A stretch of DNA of 64,000 bases from Ylistrum balloti (lineage: Eukaryota): contig NW_026782092.1 of NCBI RefSeq assembly GCF_031769215.1, positions 248,001 to 312,000 on the forward strand, written 5' to 3'. Position 1 is the first letter of the stretch. The number at the start of each line of letters is the position of its first letter. The translations under genes and the position numbers were made by a program. Shown piece by piece: positions 48,912 to 62,156 of the stretch. A model generated the notes under the pieces. The model was not told where the DNA came from. It saw only the letters and a list, made by a program, of their open reading frames with translations, and searched no databases.

Positions 48912-51900
48912 GCATTACCTTTAAGATAATTTCAACAACAAAAATGACAACCACTGTCCTTCTTGTTAAATCATTCCTAGTAGTATTCTGGCATTTATGT
49001 GTCTTGGTATAACACCCCCAGGAAATAAGGTTTTTTCTGAACAGCCATGTCTGTAATTTTATATCAGTTCACTTCGGAGAGATTTCACAGCTTCCTTATG
49101 ATGCTCACTGTCTCAGGAAATTCAATTTGGTGTTTTCCTATTTATGCTACTTTGGGAATGGATATTTTATGTACAACTGTCTGTGTATCAAAATCATTTT
49201 CCAAAGACTTCACAGCAATGTGAGGCACAGTGGAGTTTCACCAGCAGACTTCCTGTCCTTGTGGGGACAACAGGTCGTCTTCAATGCACTCAATCAGGAT
49301 CTTCAGGAAGTTTCCATAGAAACTAAATAAAGACAAATTAGCTGTTTAATCATTTATGGCTCTGCTTATTAGGTTGTTTTTCAAATCTCAATCAAAAGGT
49401 TATTGAATATATATCAAGATATCCTATACAATGTAATGGGATTAATTCTGTTGTACACAATTTTGCCATTTGATGTATTATATTTTATTACAGAAGTGAA
49501 GGAATTTTTAATAAATCATACTTAACAGTTTAGTTCAATGTAGACAATGTAGATGGCAAAGGTACCTATTATACAGTATATACACTAAAAACAAGTATTC
49601 TTCAACTATGTTGATTTATCAACTATCAAGATTTAATGTTTATGTCAATCAATACATTGGTACCCTATTTCACATATCAATACTGACCTTGTTTCTTTCT
49701 CTGCTACTCTAGTACCTACAGAAACAACAAAGTGGGTACCACATTTTGTGTCATTCTCATCCTTAACATTAGGATTTCTTGTTTTTTTTTTTTTCTCAAT
49801 ATCTACATCTTCAATATAATAATCATGCTGGCTTTTTATTTAATTTTATGTTTTCCTATTTTCTTTTTTCAATTCACCTTTTTTCTATCCTGAACCTTAC
49901 TGATAGAAGTGAAAAACTGTCACTGGTCACTTGGAAATATTTATTATTTTGATATTCAATTATCTTAAATTTGTACTTGATAAAATATTCCAGACAATAT
50001 TTTTCATCAATTACTACAAAATCCAAGACTGCTTGAGAGAAAGTTTCCACATCACATTTAGTGATACTGCTAGCATAATCTTTCCCTCATAAAAATCTTC
50101 TAAAGAAACTTCAACCTTTCTCTTCATTGATCTGTAGTGATAATCAATTTCTATCTATTGAAATATAGAAAAATAATACAAAAGGATGTTAAAAGGAATT
50201 AATTGATTTCATTTCCTCCTCGTCTGGCTCAGATGCACAGCTGAAATATAATGCAAATCTAATTATCCTAATAGACTGTGGATGAGGATGAGAGAATGGT
50301 ACCAGTTTATGGTACACAAAAGCTGAAGTGTAATCCATTGCCATATTTACTGTAAGGTGATTTGTCTAAAATGTCGCTTTGATATTTTAAGTGCATTGCA
50401 TTTGAACAATTCCAAAAACATCAGAAAACCAAATTTGCATTAGCACTTTGAAAAACAAAACAGAATCACCTAAAAAAGACAAAAGTGTACTCGAAGAGTC
50501 AAATGTTAGTTCAGCACTTAATGTATTAATGTAACAGCCGGACTTTTGGGATCATTTCATCTAAAGTAGATTGAAGGTTGTGGTATGTGTTGCATAAAAA
50601 GTATAGATGATCTTTGATTTGGTGCCAACTATAAGACCCTGAGACCCTTTGCATGTTGACATGGACAACGGCTGTTTCTTCTTTCAATAAACTTGCTGGA
50701 TTCTTTATAATATTGTCCAATTCCACATGACTGTGTACAGCTCTGACTTAATTATAGTAATGAGAAAATTACTGTATTCCAAATATATGAATAAGACAAC
50801 CAAATGCACACAACAGTTGATCATTTCACTGGTTCAAACCTCTACTGTGAATGTTTGGAATAAGCCAGCACCAAAATGGTCCAAACTACCCAATGCAAAG
50901 CTAGTCAGTAGGGCTTAAATAACAAAACAACACAGGTAGCTGTTTCTATATATACTGATACAAATGTTATTACCCTTTTATTCCAACACCCAAATCTTAT
51001 CACAAAAACATCAAATTTTGTTTAGGTACAGACAAACATTTTCCAGACCCTCTATAATACCAGTGTGTGTTATTATTGTTAGTCTTAATGCCAAATTTTC
51101 ATTACATCCAAATTGCTATAAAACATTGAACTCATTTTCATACAAATGACTTTTTTTTTTTTTGGGACTGAAACGACATGAGTGCCGTATAATTTGCTCT
51201 CATAAGAAATTTTCTTCATTATACTTCAATTCTACAAGAGCGGAAATCAGGGACGCTGATATAATTATGCGACCCAAATGAGCTCCAATCTACAGCAGAG
51301 TAATCGTGAAATGTACTTGTACACCCAGGAATGTCGAACTTGCCCCTCAAAGCTGTGTTATTCTTCTCGTAATTGCACAAGTAAGTTCCCAGTGCTCCAG
51401 CTGAAGAACACGATTAATTTTGCGTTGTACTCTTTTCTGAGAAATCGATCTTGCCTCCGATAAACACAAGGTGACATTTGGGATGCCATTGATAGCCAAG
51501 AATACTCTTCATATCAAAGTTTGTTTGGTTTGACATCTGACTGCCTTAAAATTACTGCTGAAGAAAAATAAATACAATGATTTGTATAAAATTACCATTG
51601 ATCTGTCAAGGCACTGCCATATTCACCCCTGGCCCTGACACACCATTCTATAACATAGTCAACATCATTAGATGGCCTCTATACAAATTTCACCACATTG
51701 GAAATACAGCTTTGATTAAGTCCAGATTCAATTTGCAGACCACAAGAGTGTCCATAAGAACCAGAAGATAATGCTTCACCAACTGATTACAGACATTCCA
51801 ATACAGCTTTCCAGGTCTTCCTATTTTTTTTTTTTTTTTTTCCAATTTATTCTGTACTCAGTAAATGTCACTGCTTTCAATGGTTTCAAATTTCTACAAA

Positions 51901-51934
51901 TTAGCCAAAACCTTGATGAAATAAAAATGAAGTG

Positions 51935-52403
51935 AACAATGGCTCACATTAGATAGACCCTGACCCCCTAGGTTATTTCTTCTGATCTAAATCTACTGAA
52001 AGGTTAATCTATTAAGGGGTTCATGATATATCTTGTAAAAAAACTGTTTATTTCAAAAGTTATCAAGAGTGACCTTGACCTTTAACATTGAACAATGACT
52101 ACCAAAATCAAACCCATGTAGCCCTTGGTGTGGTGATCTATATATTGTGATTATGGTGATTTGTTCCTGAGACACCTTGTACACAAGTATTTTTGTTTTA
52201 TTTTTAAAGTGGTCAAGGGTGACCTTTAACCTATAAACTTGGAGGATGACCCCAAAAAACTAACAAGGTGAAGACCTTGGTCTGCTGATTCTAATAATAA
52301 TAAATCTATCTACATGTTTATTAGATAACTTGTACAAATGGCTATCACAGATGTACAGACATGCTTACTACCCTCCCCCACCCCACCAACCCCAAACCCC
52401 TCC
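51935..52403. mobile_element. Degenerate HINE-like repeat
   Basis: gtgaccttgacctttaac and gtgacctttaacct boxes each precede a tga(c/t)..ccaaaa..aa motif. Ends with an acagat.tacagac stretch and C-runs. Confidence 0.5.
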
Positions 52404-53403
52404 ATACATACAAAAATGTACTATTTTACCAGTCAGGGATATATAATTATTATTCTATGTTTTTATCTTTTTGTGATTTTATTCTGTCAGTCTAAATTAT
52501 CAACCTTCACAGTATTGGTATAATCTTAAAAAGGATTTTAAGGTAATAAGACAAACAAATTTTTCATCAATCACCAAAACCTATTTAATCTCTGCATGTG
52601 CAATGAATTCAAAATTCAATAATTTGAATTGGCCTACACATGAAAGATATCAACTATTTCCCTTCAACTTAATAATGTATTATTATTTCAACTTGTTTTT
52701 ATTACCAATTAGTCTGTGTTGTTGTGGTTATGCCCTTTGGCAAGACTATCAAAATTGCTCTGGATAGCATGCAATAGGCCTCCCTTATGTTGTTCACTGA
52801 ATAAGCCACTAGCTACCACATGTACAAGGATCCCCAATGCATAACTGGTAATAACCCCAGTAAACAAATATTAACAAAGGATTTTTCCTTTTATTAGCTT
52901 CAGTTAATTCTCCAATTCTTTTGTGAATGCAAAATGTTCTTACATTAGGGACTAGGACATCAGGTTTTTCTGAAGAATTGTCCAAATGTGTTCCGCTATC
53001 CCGTTATAATCGTCATTCTTAGTTTTAGTTTCATAAGATTCTTTAAAATTTATTTCTTCTTTACAAATTCCAGACTCCATAAAGACTTGGTGCATCCTTG
53101 GAAATAACGTTTCGCATACTAATTAATTACTCACTAAATTACACATATATTTCAATGGCATGACAATGAAAGATTTACAATTACGACAATATATTAAGAG
53201 ATGTATATCATAAACATTTACATATCCAAATACCCAGATACTGTCCCCTGGCAAATATCTTTTCCTTACTAATTGATAAATCACAGAGACCATAGTGATG
53301 TGATTAGAGCCACAATTAAGTTTTATTCTTTATATCTACACTGACAATAATAGTGTTTTGGTTCTTTTTGTGGTACATTCAATCGTCACACAAAAACTGA
53401 TTC

Positions 53404-53538
53404 TGGAACCTCAGTGGAACCTCAGTGGAACTATAGATTATAATCATTGATTAAAATTGTTATGATTATGACTATGCTACACTTAGTTTTGATTGGATCT
53501 ATGATTATGACTATGCTACACTTAGTTTTGATTGGATC
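53404..53538. repeat. Two adjacent recent micro-duplications (11-bp unit about 2.5 times, and a perfect 39-bp unit twice)
   Basis: tggaacctcag tggaacctcag tggaac near 53405. tatgattatgactatgctacacttagttttgattggatc at 53461-53499 and 53500-53538. Confidence 0.9.
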
Positions 53539-54390
53539 TTTTTATCATCATGTATACTATCATTCTGCTTTATGTTTTTAACTTGTGTGTTGGTTTGAGT
53601 TCAAAGATTGTAGGTAATTTTTGTGTTATATTTTAATTGTTTGATACGAATGTAAAATCAATAAAGAAAATCCCATACATTTTCTTACTACTAAATAACA
53701 ATTTAAAATGGGATACACACCATTCACTTCAAAACTGCTAAATCAGCAAAACCAACAGGAAAGGACTAATATTTATGGTCTTTTTGCAAGCCCATTCCAG
53801 AAGCTATTTCCCCTATATACCGAAAGGTTATTTCCTATGCAGACCTTTCACAAACTTCATATTACATCAGTTTTTCACCAGACCTGCAAGATATATGACC
53901 AGTGGAAAGGTCCCCTGGGAAGAGTATTGTACTCTTCAGACTATGCTGTTCAATAGTTCTACATGGCTATTGGTAATCTTCCAACTCAGTGGCCTCCCTA
54001 AGTACTGTCAACTTCACATAACCATGTCCAAATTCAATACACAATGAATCAATCATTATAATATCATTGCATATAAGCAACAATTTTGAACCCTAAAAAA
54101 CAAATAAAATTGATAGAAAAATGAAATTCTAATGTGTCAAAGTGACTGTTGTTCAATCATGACAAAGCTTGCCATATTTTAGTATCTGCAACAAACAAAG
54201 TATGTCAGCATCAAAAATTTATGGAGACTAGCACCTTTCTCAGATGAGTCAATTAAATCCAATCCCAATGTATAGTTCCATATTGTTACAGGGAAATAAA
54301 TAAACTAGTTTTAAAATATTCTTTACATCTAGGCTTTTTCAGTTCCTAATGGTAAAAATTGGTTTGCCCATTATGTCTGTATCAACTACA

Positions 54391-54628
54391 AAACTTTATT
54401 TGTTTTACAACAATTGCGAAACAAGTTATTTCAACTTATACTAATCACTCTTGTTGGCCCGGATGTAAGCACACGAGGGGTCTTATTGTGGGAGGAAACC
54501 CGAGTACCCAGGGAAAACCCACCTGGTCGGGCAGGTGACCCTTACCTTTTCACGTCCATTCCAGGAGTCGAACCTCTGACAGCTAGGTGAAAGGCGAGTG
54601 AGTTACCACTGCACCACCCCAACCATCC
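54391..54628 (-). mobile_element. Full-length tRNA-derived SINE (Meta/V-type core)
   Basis: Minus strand reads GGATGGTTGGGGTGGTGCAGTGGTAAC (A box), CTTTCAC (Glu-TTC-like anticodon loop) and GGTTCGACTCC (B box). Then the core GGGTTTTCCCTGGGTACTCGGGTTTCCTCCCAC and an AT-rich tail ending AATAAAGTTT. Confidence 0.88.
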
Positions 54629-54825
54629 AAGTGGCGCTGTCCTTTGGACAGAGATCTACATTATCTCTGTAGATTTACTATGACACTTGGACACACAGGA
54701 ATTGATTTCAGTTTTCTCTTCTTTACAGTATCATTTTCACATCAAAACACATCAGTACAGGATATAACACTTAAAATTTCCATATCTATTATACACTTTG
54801 AGATTTGCCACTCAAAATTTCTCTA

Positions 54826-55041
54826 GGATGGTGGGGCAGTGGTGATACACTTGCCTTTCACCAAGCTGTCCGGAGTTCGATTCCACAAATGAATAAGATA
54901 ACTAAGGTAGCAGTGTCATCCCAAGGTAATCTGGTTTCTTCACATACCAAGACCCTTCACATGCTTATTCTAAGCCAATAAAAGAGATTCGTAAAAGTTC
55001 AAATAACCTGTTTCACAACTTTTGCAAAAAGCATAAAGTTT
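54826..55041 (+). mobile_element. Older, diverged copy of the same SINE in the opposite orientation
   Basis: ggatggtggggcagtggtgatacacttgcctttcaccaagctgtccggagttcgattcc, then tctggtttcttcacataccaagaccc, then aaataacctgtttcacaac...ataaagttt. Colinear with 54391-54628. Confidence 0.82.
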
Positions 55042-55236
55042 ATATATATATTGATGCTCTCCCACTATTGTAGTTAAAGTTAATTCCTATATACAGCCCT
55101 GAAAATATAGGAAATTATTGAATAACCCTACATTCAATTAAATGAAACATGTTTTCTGGAAGTGAAGTTATTGCAAGTGGAAGGATGGGATAAAGGGATA
55201 TCAATTAGCTTGGGTTTACTGTATGTTTCTTTGAAA

Positions 55237-55836
55237 GGGAGGAAGGAATAGGAGAATGGAAGGAATAGGAGGAAAAGGAGAATGGAAGGAATAGGAGGAA
55301 TAGGAGAATGGAAGGAAAAGGAGGAATAGGAGAATGGAAGGAATAGGAGAATGGAAGGAAAAGGAGGAATAGGAGAATGGAAGGAATAGGAGGAATAGGA
55401 GAATGGAAGGAATAGGGGAATGGAAGGAAAAGGAGGAATAGGAGAATGGAAGGAAGAGAAGGAATAGGAAAATGGAAGGAATAGGAGAATGGAAGGAAAA
55501 GGAGGAATAGGAGAATGGAAGGAATAGGAGAATGGAAGGAAAAGGAAGAATAGGAGAATGGAAGGAATAGGAGAATGGAAGGAATAGAAGGAATAGGAAA
55601 ATGGAAGGAATAGGAAAATGGAAGGAATAGGAGGAATAGGAGAATGGAAGGAATAGGAGGAATAGGAGAATGGAAGGAATAGGAGAATGGAAGGAATAGG
55701 AGGAATAGGAGAACGAAAGGAATAGGAAAATGGAAGGAATAGGAGGAATAGGAGAATGGAAAGAACAGGAGGAATAGGAGAATGGAAGGAATAGGAAAAT
55801 GGAAGGAATAGGAAAATGAAAGGAATAGGAGAATGA
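55237..55836. repeat. Compound polypurine array of GGAATAGGAGAATGGAA (17 bp) and GGAA(T/A)AGGA (9 bp) modules
   Basis: About 600 bp, nearly all G and A with regularly spaced T. Only two C residues seen. It explains the low-complexity ORFs 55134-55844 and 55205-55888. Confidence 0.97.
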
Positions 55837-58374
55837 ATGAGCAATTGAGTTTATTCGTCATTAGAGTAAGTCTGTACACTGTAATCATTTTTTTTTTTGT
55901 CTGTATTCTGTAGATAGTCTTTTAAGAATAGATTTATATGTATCAATGGGATTGCCTTCAGGATTTCTTAGAAACCTCTTATTATTGAATAGCTTTGTAT
56001 GCTTGGAATAAAACGAGACTGAGTATTCATGTGCATATATACTTGTCACACCAACTCTAGGAAGAAAATCAATGACTTGGTCGGAGGTCCAAGAGGAAAT
56101 ACATAGAACCACTGATCATACATCTTCATAGGAAGTCATTCAGAGTGGGTGTCTGACCAAAGCTACAACAGACTGACCGAATTATCCATGATCAGTAGCC
56201 AGTACGTCCCCTAGTTGTTTGTGGCTGATTCTATAGAAACTCAGAAATTTGTGTCCATGAATATATATATAAGACTGTAAAGTCATGTCAGCTTGACAAA
56301 CACAATATGAATACTTAAGCAAGACATCTTACACTGAAAGTTATTGTTCTTTATCTCTTCCCTCAAAACCACATGTTTCAGTTTCTCTTGCTTTAGGTTT
56401 TAATCATTAGGTTTATATGGGAAACAGTGAAAATGCATTTCTGAAGTACCTGTTCTGGTATTTTCTTTTACACAATCAACATCAATATCATAACCTACTT
56501 TTACTTGTATGACTTTCATGTTACATCAAACAGTATATTCCTGTGATACTCTAATTGGATATGATGATCACATCTTACATTTTCAGGTCTGATCATTTTA
56601 TGTCTCTCTTTTAATAGAAATTATTGAAATTCTGATAATGTATTTGTGTATCAAGAAATCTTTCCAAAATCATAACTGATATCTTCATATGTAACAAAAT
56701 ATTCTCTAGTCATTTGGCAACATTGGACTATTTTGTTCCATACAATATTTACACACTAGACTTTGTAATTCATCAAGACTGAACTGTGACAAAAAGATAA
56801 TTCTCCTCCTCCTCTGAAACATGGTGACAATCCTTCAGACTAGCAAATTACAGTATGAGGTCAGAGGTCATACGAATACATTAACCCTGGACTAATGTAG
56901 TAGGGTCTAGGGAGGTGAAGTGAAGTTCACGCTAATAAAAACAGCCATTAAACCTAGGTGATAAGATGGTAGGGGAGACCTCCATCATATCTATACACTA
57001 TATGTAATGTCTCAGGTAAGCACTGTGGTAAGTGTTCCATTCGCATGATGGTTTAATTCTAGACTGTAGAAAATTAGATTTCAAATCTTTCTATGACAAA
57101 CCATTCTAGACTTGTCATTGTGATTAATAGAATAAACTTACCAGGTGAAATGAGAATAATTATTTAGCATGAGGGAAAAGGAAAAATCTGATGAACAATA
57201 CATTTCAATATGTAATCAGCAGAAATCTTCACATGGGTGAAAGTTTGAGGAATGACAGAAAAATGAAGAATTGATGAAATAAGGGAGAAATGTTGTATAA
57301 GATAAAGGAGAAAGATGGGAAACAAAATATTTAATCTAGGTTTCCATTTTCGAAGTTTTTTATAATTTCCTATAGTCTTTCCAATTCATCATTTATTTTT
57401 CTGATTTCATGTGTAGATTATGTTATTTTGAGGACACAACAGATCTGTGATTAAAACAATCAGGTAACAAGTATAATTTTCTGTCTTCTAACAGTCACTT
57501 CTTGACACAACATTTTACCTGATACAAGTCCTAGCTTTCTTTCATGTGTTGTGTTTTTATTATCTAATACGATTTTCATTTTTGTGGGGATTTACCACCA
57601 TTAGGAACTTTTAAGCTTACCTGTTGCTTTCAGGTAAAAAAAAAGTCATGAAAAATCTAGTTCCATACAGGTTTATAAATAAAAACTACATCTCCCCACA
57701 AATCTTTATAGCACCTCATAAACTCTACAGGCAGTATATTTCTATGGATATTTTTGTCTAGGTAGAAGTAGAAACACCATCAGCTTGCCAACACCATAAT
57801 TATTATCTAAATATACAGTTTTCTAGCAACAGAAGTAATTACTAGTGGTTATATTTGCATGGCTGCTTAAAATGAATTTTGTTTTTATTTTTCTAATAGA
57901 ATAACCGTTAACCATACTTAGTGTATTAGAGCACGTGTACGACATTCATTTCTAGACAATATTTTCAAATAGATCAATTCCCTGTCTGTCAGCCTAACAA
58001 GAGGAGCAAGGATGGGCTGTAGTGATTTCAGTCTTAATCATAACTCTCATTTTTTTCTACTAAATTCACCATAAAAAATCATTTCCTCATATATAAAGAA
58101 ATATTTCTTTTTTCATATATATTTGTGACTACTTTATAACTTTCTTTTGTCCATTTCTATCTTTAAGACTTAAAAAACATTTTTGTATGTCCAATGATAA
58201 AGAAGAGCACATGAAAACTATACAGGCCTGAAATCTATTTTCTATCATAACATTGTCCAGCAAGAATAAGAATTCTGGTAACATTTCAGCTTTTCCTTTT
58301 CACCTGCTAAATATCAATGCAAATGAATTGATTTTATACCAGAATAACTCAGTGGTGTAGTAATGATAATTTAG

Positions 58375-58685
58375 GAGTGTGTAGATTTTCCAGACATTGA
58401 TTCAGGCATGTGCACTTTTTTCCAGACATTAAGGCAAGTGCAGATTTTCCAGACATGTATTTTAGTGTGGTTAGATTGAGTATTCAGGTGTGTTCAAATT
58501 TTCCATGCATTAATTGATATATACCTATGCGTGTCCTGATTTAGGAGTATGCAAATTTCCCATACATTGACCTACAGTAGATTTTGCAGATAGTGATTTG
58601 AAAGGATACCTCGATGTTTCCAGATATTGATAGTGATCAATGGCATGTCAACGTTTCCAGACATTAGTCAAGGTGTGTCCACAAT
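58375..58685. repeat. Degenerate ~30-bp tandem repeat with core ttttccagacatt
   Basis: The core or close variants recur about eight times, each preceded by gtg(t/c)a-like sequence. Confidence 0.7.
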
Positions 58686-61600
58686 TTTGCCTTTGTTGAG
58701 ATTTCAAGCCGTTTACTGTTAAAATCAAGACAATTTCTTTTTCTCTCTCTCTCTTTTTTAATTTGAATTTTTCACAAGCCTTACCCTTTTCTACTTTACA
58801 CATCTAACATTTTACTTAGAGCTTCTAGTCCTCAAGGCAATAAGGTTTAGCTTGTGACATTCAAAGACAAAGGCAAGTAAGACCACCCACACATCTTGTA
58901 TATGACCCATGTCAAAACAGAATCAGATCGCATCAACATTAAAAACCATACCATTCCCACTGTTATATAGGTTTCAGTGGTCGTTATGTAGCTTTTATGA
59001 TTGAACCATCCAGCTACTAATCTGCAAGGACATTTGTGAAGTCAATCAACAAATGATACCGACCTATTCTGTGCCAATACAACACAACAGCACTCATAAC
59101 AGGCCCATATTTGCTGTTATGATGGAATAACAGAGTCTTTATTGCTCATGCCACTAGCACTGTTAACAGACAACTTCCACTAGCATTCTGATTAAATGAC
59201 AATTATTCTAAAACTCCAGCTTTGTTTGTTTGTTTTTTTTTTCATTGAATACTAAATGTGATATGGAAACACAGTTAGGTAATGTTTCAATTATTAAAAA
59301 AATACAAAAGCTTGGATAACTCAGAAATGCTAAGGTCAGGATAGAGATCAACCAAATGAGCTGGGTCCCTATCATTAAAACTATGATGCATTTCCTCGTG
59401 TCGTTCAGTTGTGGTATATATCACATAAAGCTGGCCAAGGCCTTGCTACAAAGGTCTGAATATTTTTTTCATCTTTTCTACAGTAGGACTCTGACTGATG
59501 ACGTTTGCGAAGGCTTGCATAATGCATGACCACTTTGCACACACTGTCTAGTCTGATTAACAAAGACATGGGAAAACAGAGTACTTCTGAAGTACGCTAT
59601 TTGCTCATGCATAAAGTATTACAGCGACTGAGTAAACACTTTCTGTGTCTCCAATCATTGTTATTTACTAGGAAGCTCCAAGAACTGACCAAGTCCCAAT
59701 TGAGGATGTCTGCTGGAAAGAAATGTGATCAAAACACAACACAGCAAACTTTTTCCACAAGGAAAAACCTGTAATTGATGCCTTGATGTTCTGCAACGTA
59801 GAAAAATCACAAACTAATCATTATCACAAGTCAGGAGTTAAATTATTGATTTACCTTTATACCTCATAAAGGGGGTAGGGGGGCAGGGGGGCTAAATAAC
59901 ATGGTATAACAGATGAAATTTGTTTGCTTGAAAGAAGAAAAATAAAATTTTTATATATGACCACAAATATTCTCACTATGAAAGAACACCTTAATACAGT
60001 CAGATGGTAAGGTTGAGACAATAAATGCTAAACTGAGCTACAAGCAAAGCTTAATCAAATATTCATCACTTGACTATTAGGCTTAATACTTGGTTTAGGC
60101 TGGAAGATCTGCTTAAATCCTCCATTAAACAGCAACAACAAGTATTTCAATATTTGCTACCATAATGTCTGTTTGTTATCCCTAAAACTGCTTTCATTTC
60201 TGAAGGGTTCCTAATCGCAATAACTACTATTCATAAAAAAATTCTAAACTGAATAAATGAATCAACAAATAAAATATTCAAACAAATGAACACGATTTAA
60301 ATAAACACAAAATGTATTTATTTCAACGTTAGGAAATTTCTTGCTTGGTAAAACAAACCCTTTTTCTATTGAATGTTTTTTATAATTGATACGTAATTAG
60401 TCTCAGATTGAAAGTTAAAGCAGAAACCGTAACTAATACATCCAGAAACTGGAAATAGTTACCATTTAATGATTCTGTGTGATAGAAAAAGAGTGAAAAC
60501 CAAATTATACAATCTCGAGAGGAAGACGTTTGGATAATTAACCTGAATCTCACACTAGATTTTGTTTTGGATAATTCACATTCATGATATAAAGCCATCC
60601 TTTTACGAATGAAATGTTCATTGAATTAATTCTACCTAGGAACGAAACAACCCTTGTTAAATCATTAGCAAAATCAAATTATCTCTCAGAAGACTTTCTT
60701 TATTTCATCTGCTTTAGATTCAGTTTAAACATTTCATACTGAGTTGAAACATTAAATATCCAACAATATGTACTCATTGACCCCAATACATGCAAGAATT
60801 ACTCCCAAAAGAAATTACTGATTATTGAAACATTTCAGATAAAATATTTCCTTTAACAAAGGGGTTGTAAGTTAATGAAAACACGAGAGCCTCTCCCCCA
60901 GCTGTTGTGAGGCTGTTAGAACCAATTGCTTGATGTTACGGCTGGCACCAAGAAATTTTAGCAGAAGATTGTTTTGGTGTTGTGTTAGGTAAGACACCCA
61001 CACACCAACCCTTGATAAGTTCTCTTTGAGCCACATGTACAGACAATTAGCAGTTTATTACAACCAGGAAAGCTGGTAGTAATGATATCAAAATATTAAT
61101 TCATCGCCTACCTTTTTTACTTATACAAAAAACAGATTGAAGTTGAAGGAACATTCTGCATTGTTTACAATGAGCAAACGCTACATATATCTTAAACCAT
61201 GTTCTTTTATACACAAGAACACCTGTCAAGATCATCGTCTACATAAAGCCTGCACATACAAGTTATTATGTAAATATCAGACAACATCTCTGATATATTA
61301 CACACATGCACATCAAGGCTATTAAAACCATATCAAAGTCTTTTTGTAAAACATGGTCAAAAGAATTTTAAATAAACTTTAAAGCAGTGATGCCATAAGG
61401 GTAATAAAATCCTCATACCTGATATCTTAAGGATCTTTTTTATTTAGGAATTTAAGTATTCCTGAAAATCATTTTTACATCTTTACTAGATAACTATTTT
61501 TAAAGACATGATGAAAAAATATCAATTTCTAATTGTTTCATTTCCAATCTTAATAAGAAGATACAATTTTTAATAAATCAAAATTTGTCCAGGTTCCTTT

Positions 61601-62156
61601 CAATATGTGTAAAACACTTTGTCTTTAAAAAATATTACTTGAGTCAACATGGTGTCTATTTCATCCTAACAGTTTACAAATATTTAAGTTAAGTACAATG
61701 TCACATTCCTGAATATTTAATGAGGTCAAACATTTTTTTGCTTTATCACGTTAACACTGTTTACACACAATTTAGTTCAATCTCCTTATGAAAAAAAAAA
61801 ATGCAAATATAAGCAAAATCTTATTGTTCCTCAAGTCAGATACACAGAAAGTTCTCTTCCTTAATGGCTAGATTTCATGGCTACTGATTCTAATGAAATA
61901 GATAACCATTTTCTCCTCTGGTGGTCGACATAAATGGTAAACAAGATGTCCTACCTAGAAAGCTAAATATGACAACAACAACAAGACATAAACACAAACA
62001 GATTTTCCTTCATAGACCAAATAATTTGTAAAATCTTCCCTCACAGAAAAATTAATAAAATCACTCGATTCTGCCAGTAAAAACTACAAAATATGAAGAA
62101 AACATTATAACTTTACTATCAAATATACACAGATCTTATATAGTTGAAGTACTTAC

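Noticed and set aside
50180-50726. Acceptor-like ttgcattatatttcag at ~50241 and ORF 50526-50726
   Set aside because: The first runs into a stop with no donor, and the second has no recognisable similarity or splice sites. The exons at 62157 and 29247 already join in frame.
54560-54890. Functional tRNA genes
   Set aside because: A and B boxes and a TTC-like loop are present, but there is no acceptor-stem pairing and both heads continue into a shared SINE body and tail.
55134-55888. 236-aa and 227-aa F/P/S/L/I-rich ORFs
   Set aside because: They are translations of the pyrimidine strand of the polypurine array, which cannot encode stops.
57615-57640. ttacctg-N7-caggtaa, donor-like words on both strands
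   Set aside because: A 7-bp inverted repeat is expected by chance in 64 kb, an intervening AG weakens the acceptor and no exon can be built around it.
59871-59891. G5-TA-G6-CA-G6 run as a G-quadruplex
   Set aside because: Only three G tracts, on the template strand, with no supporting context.
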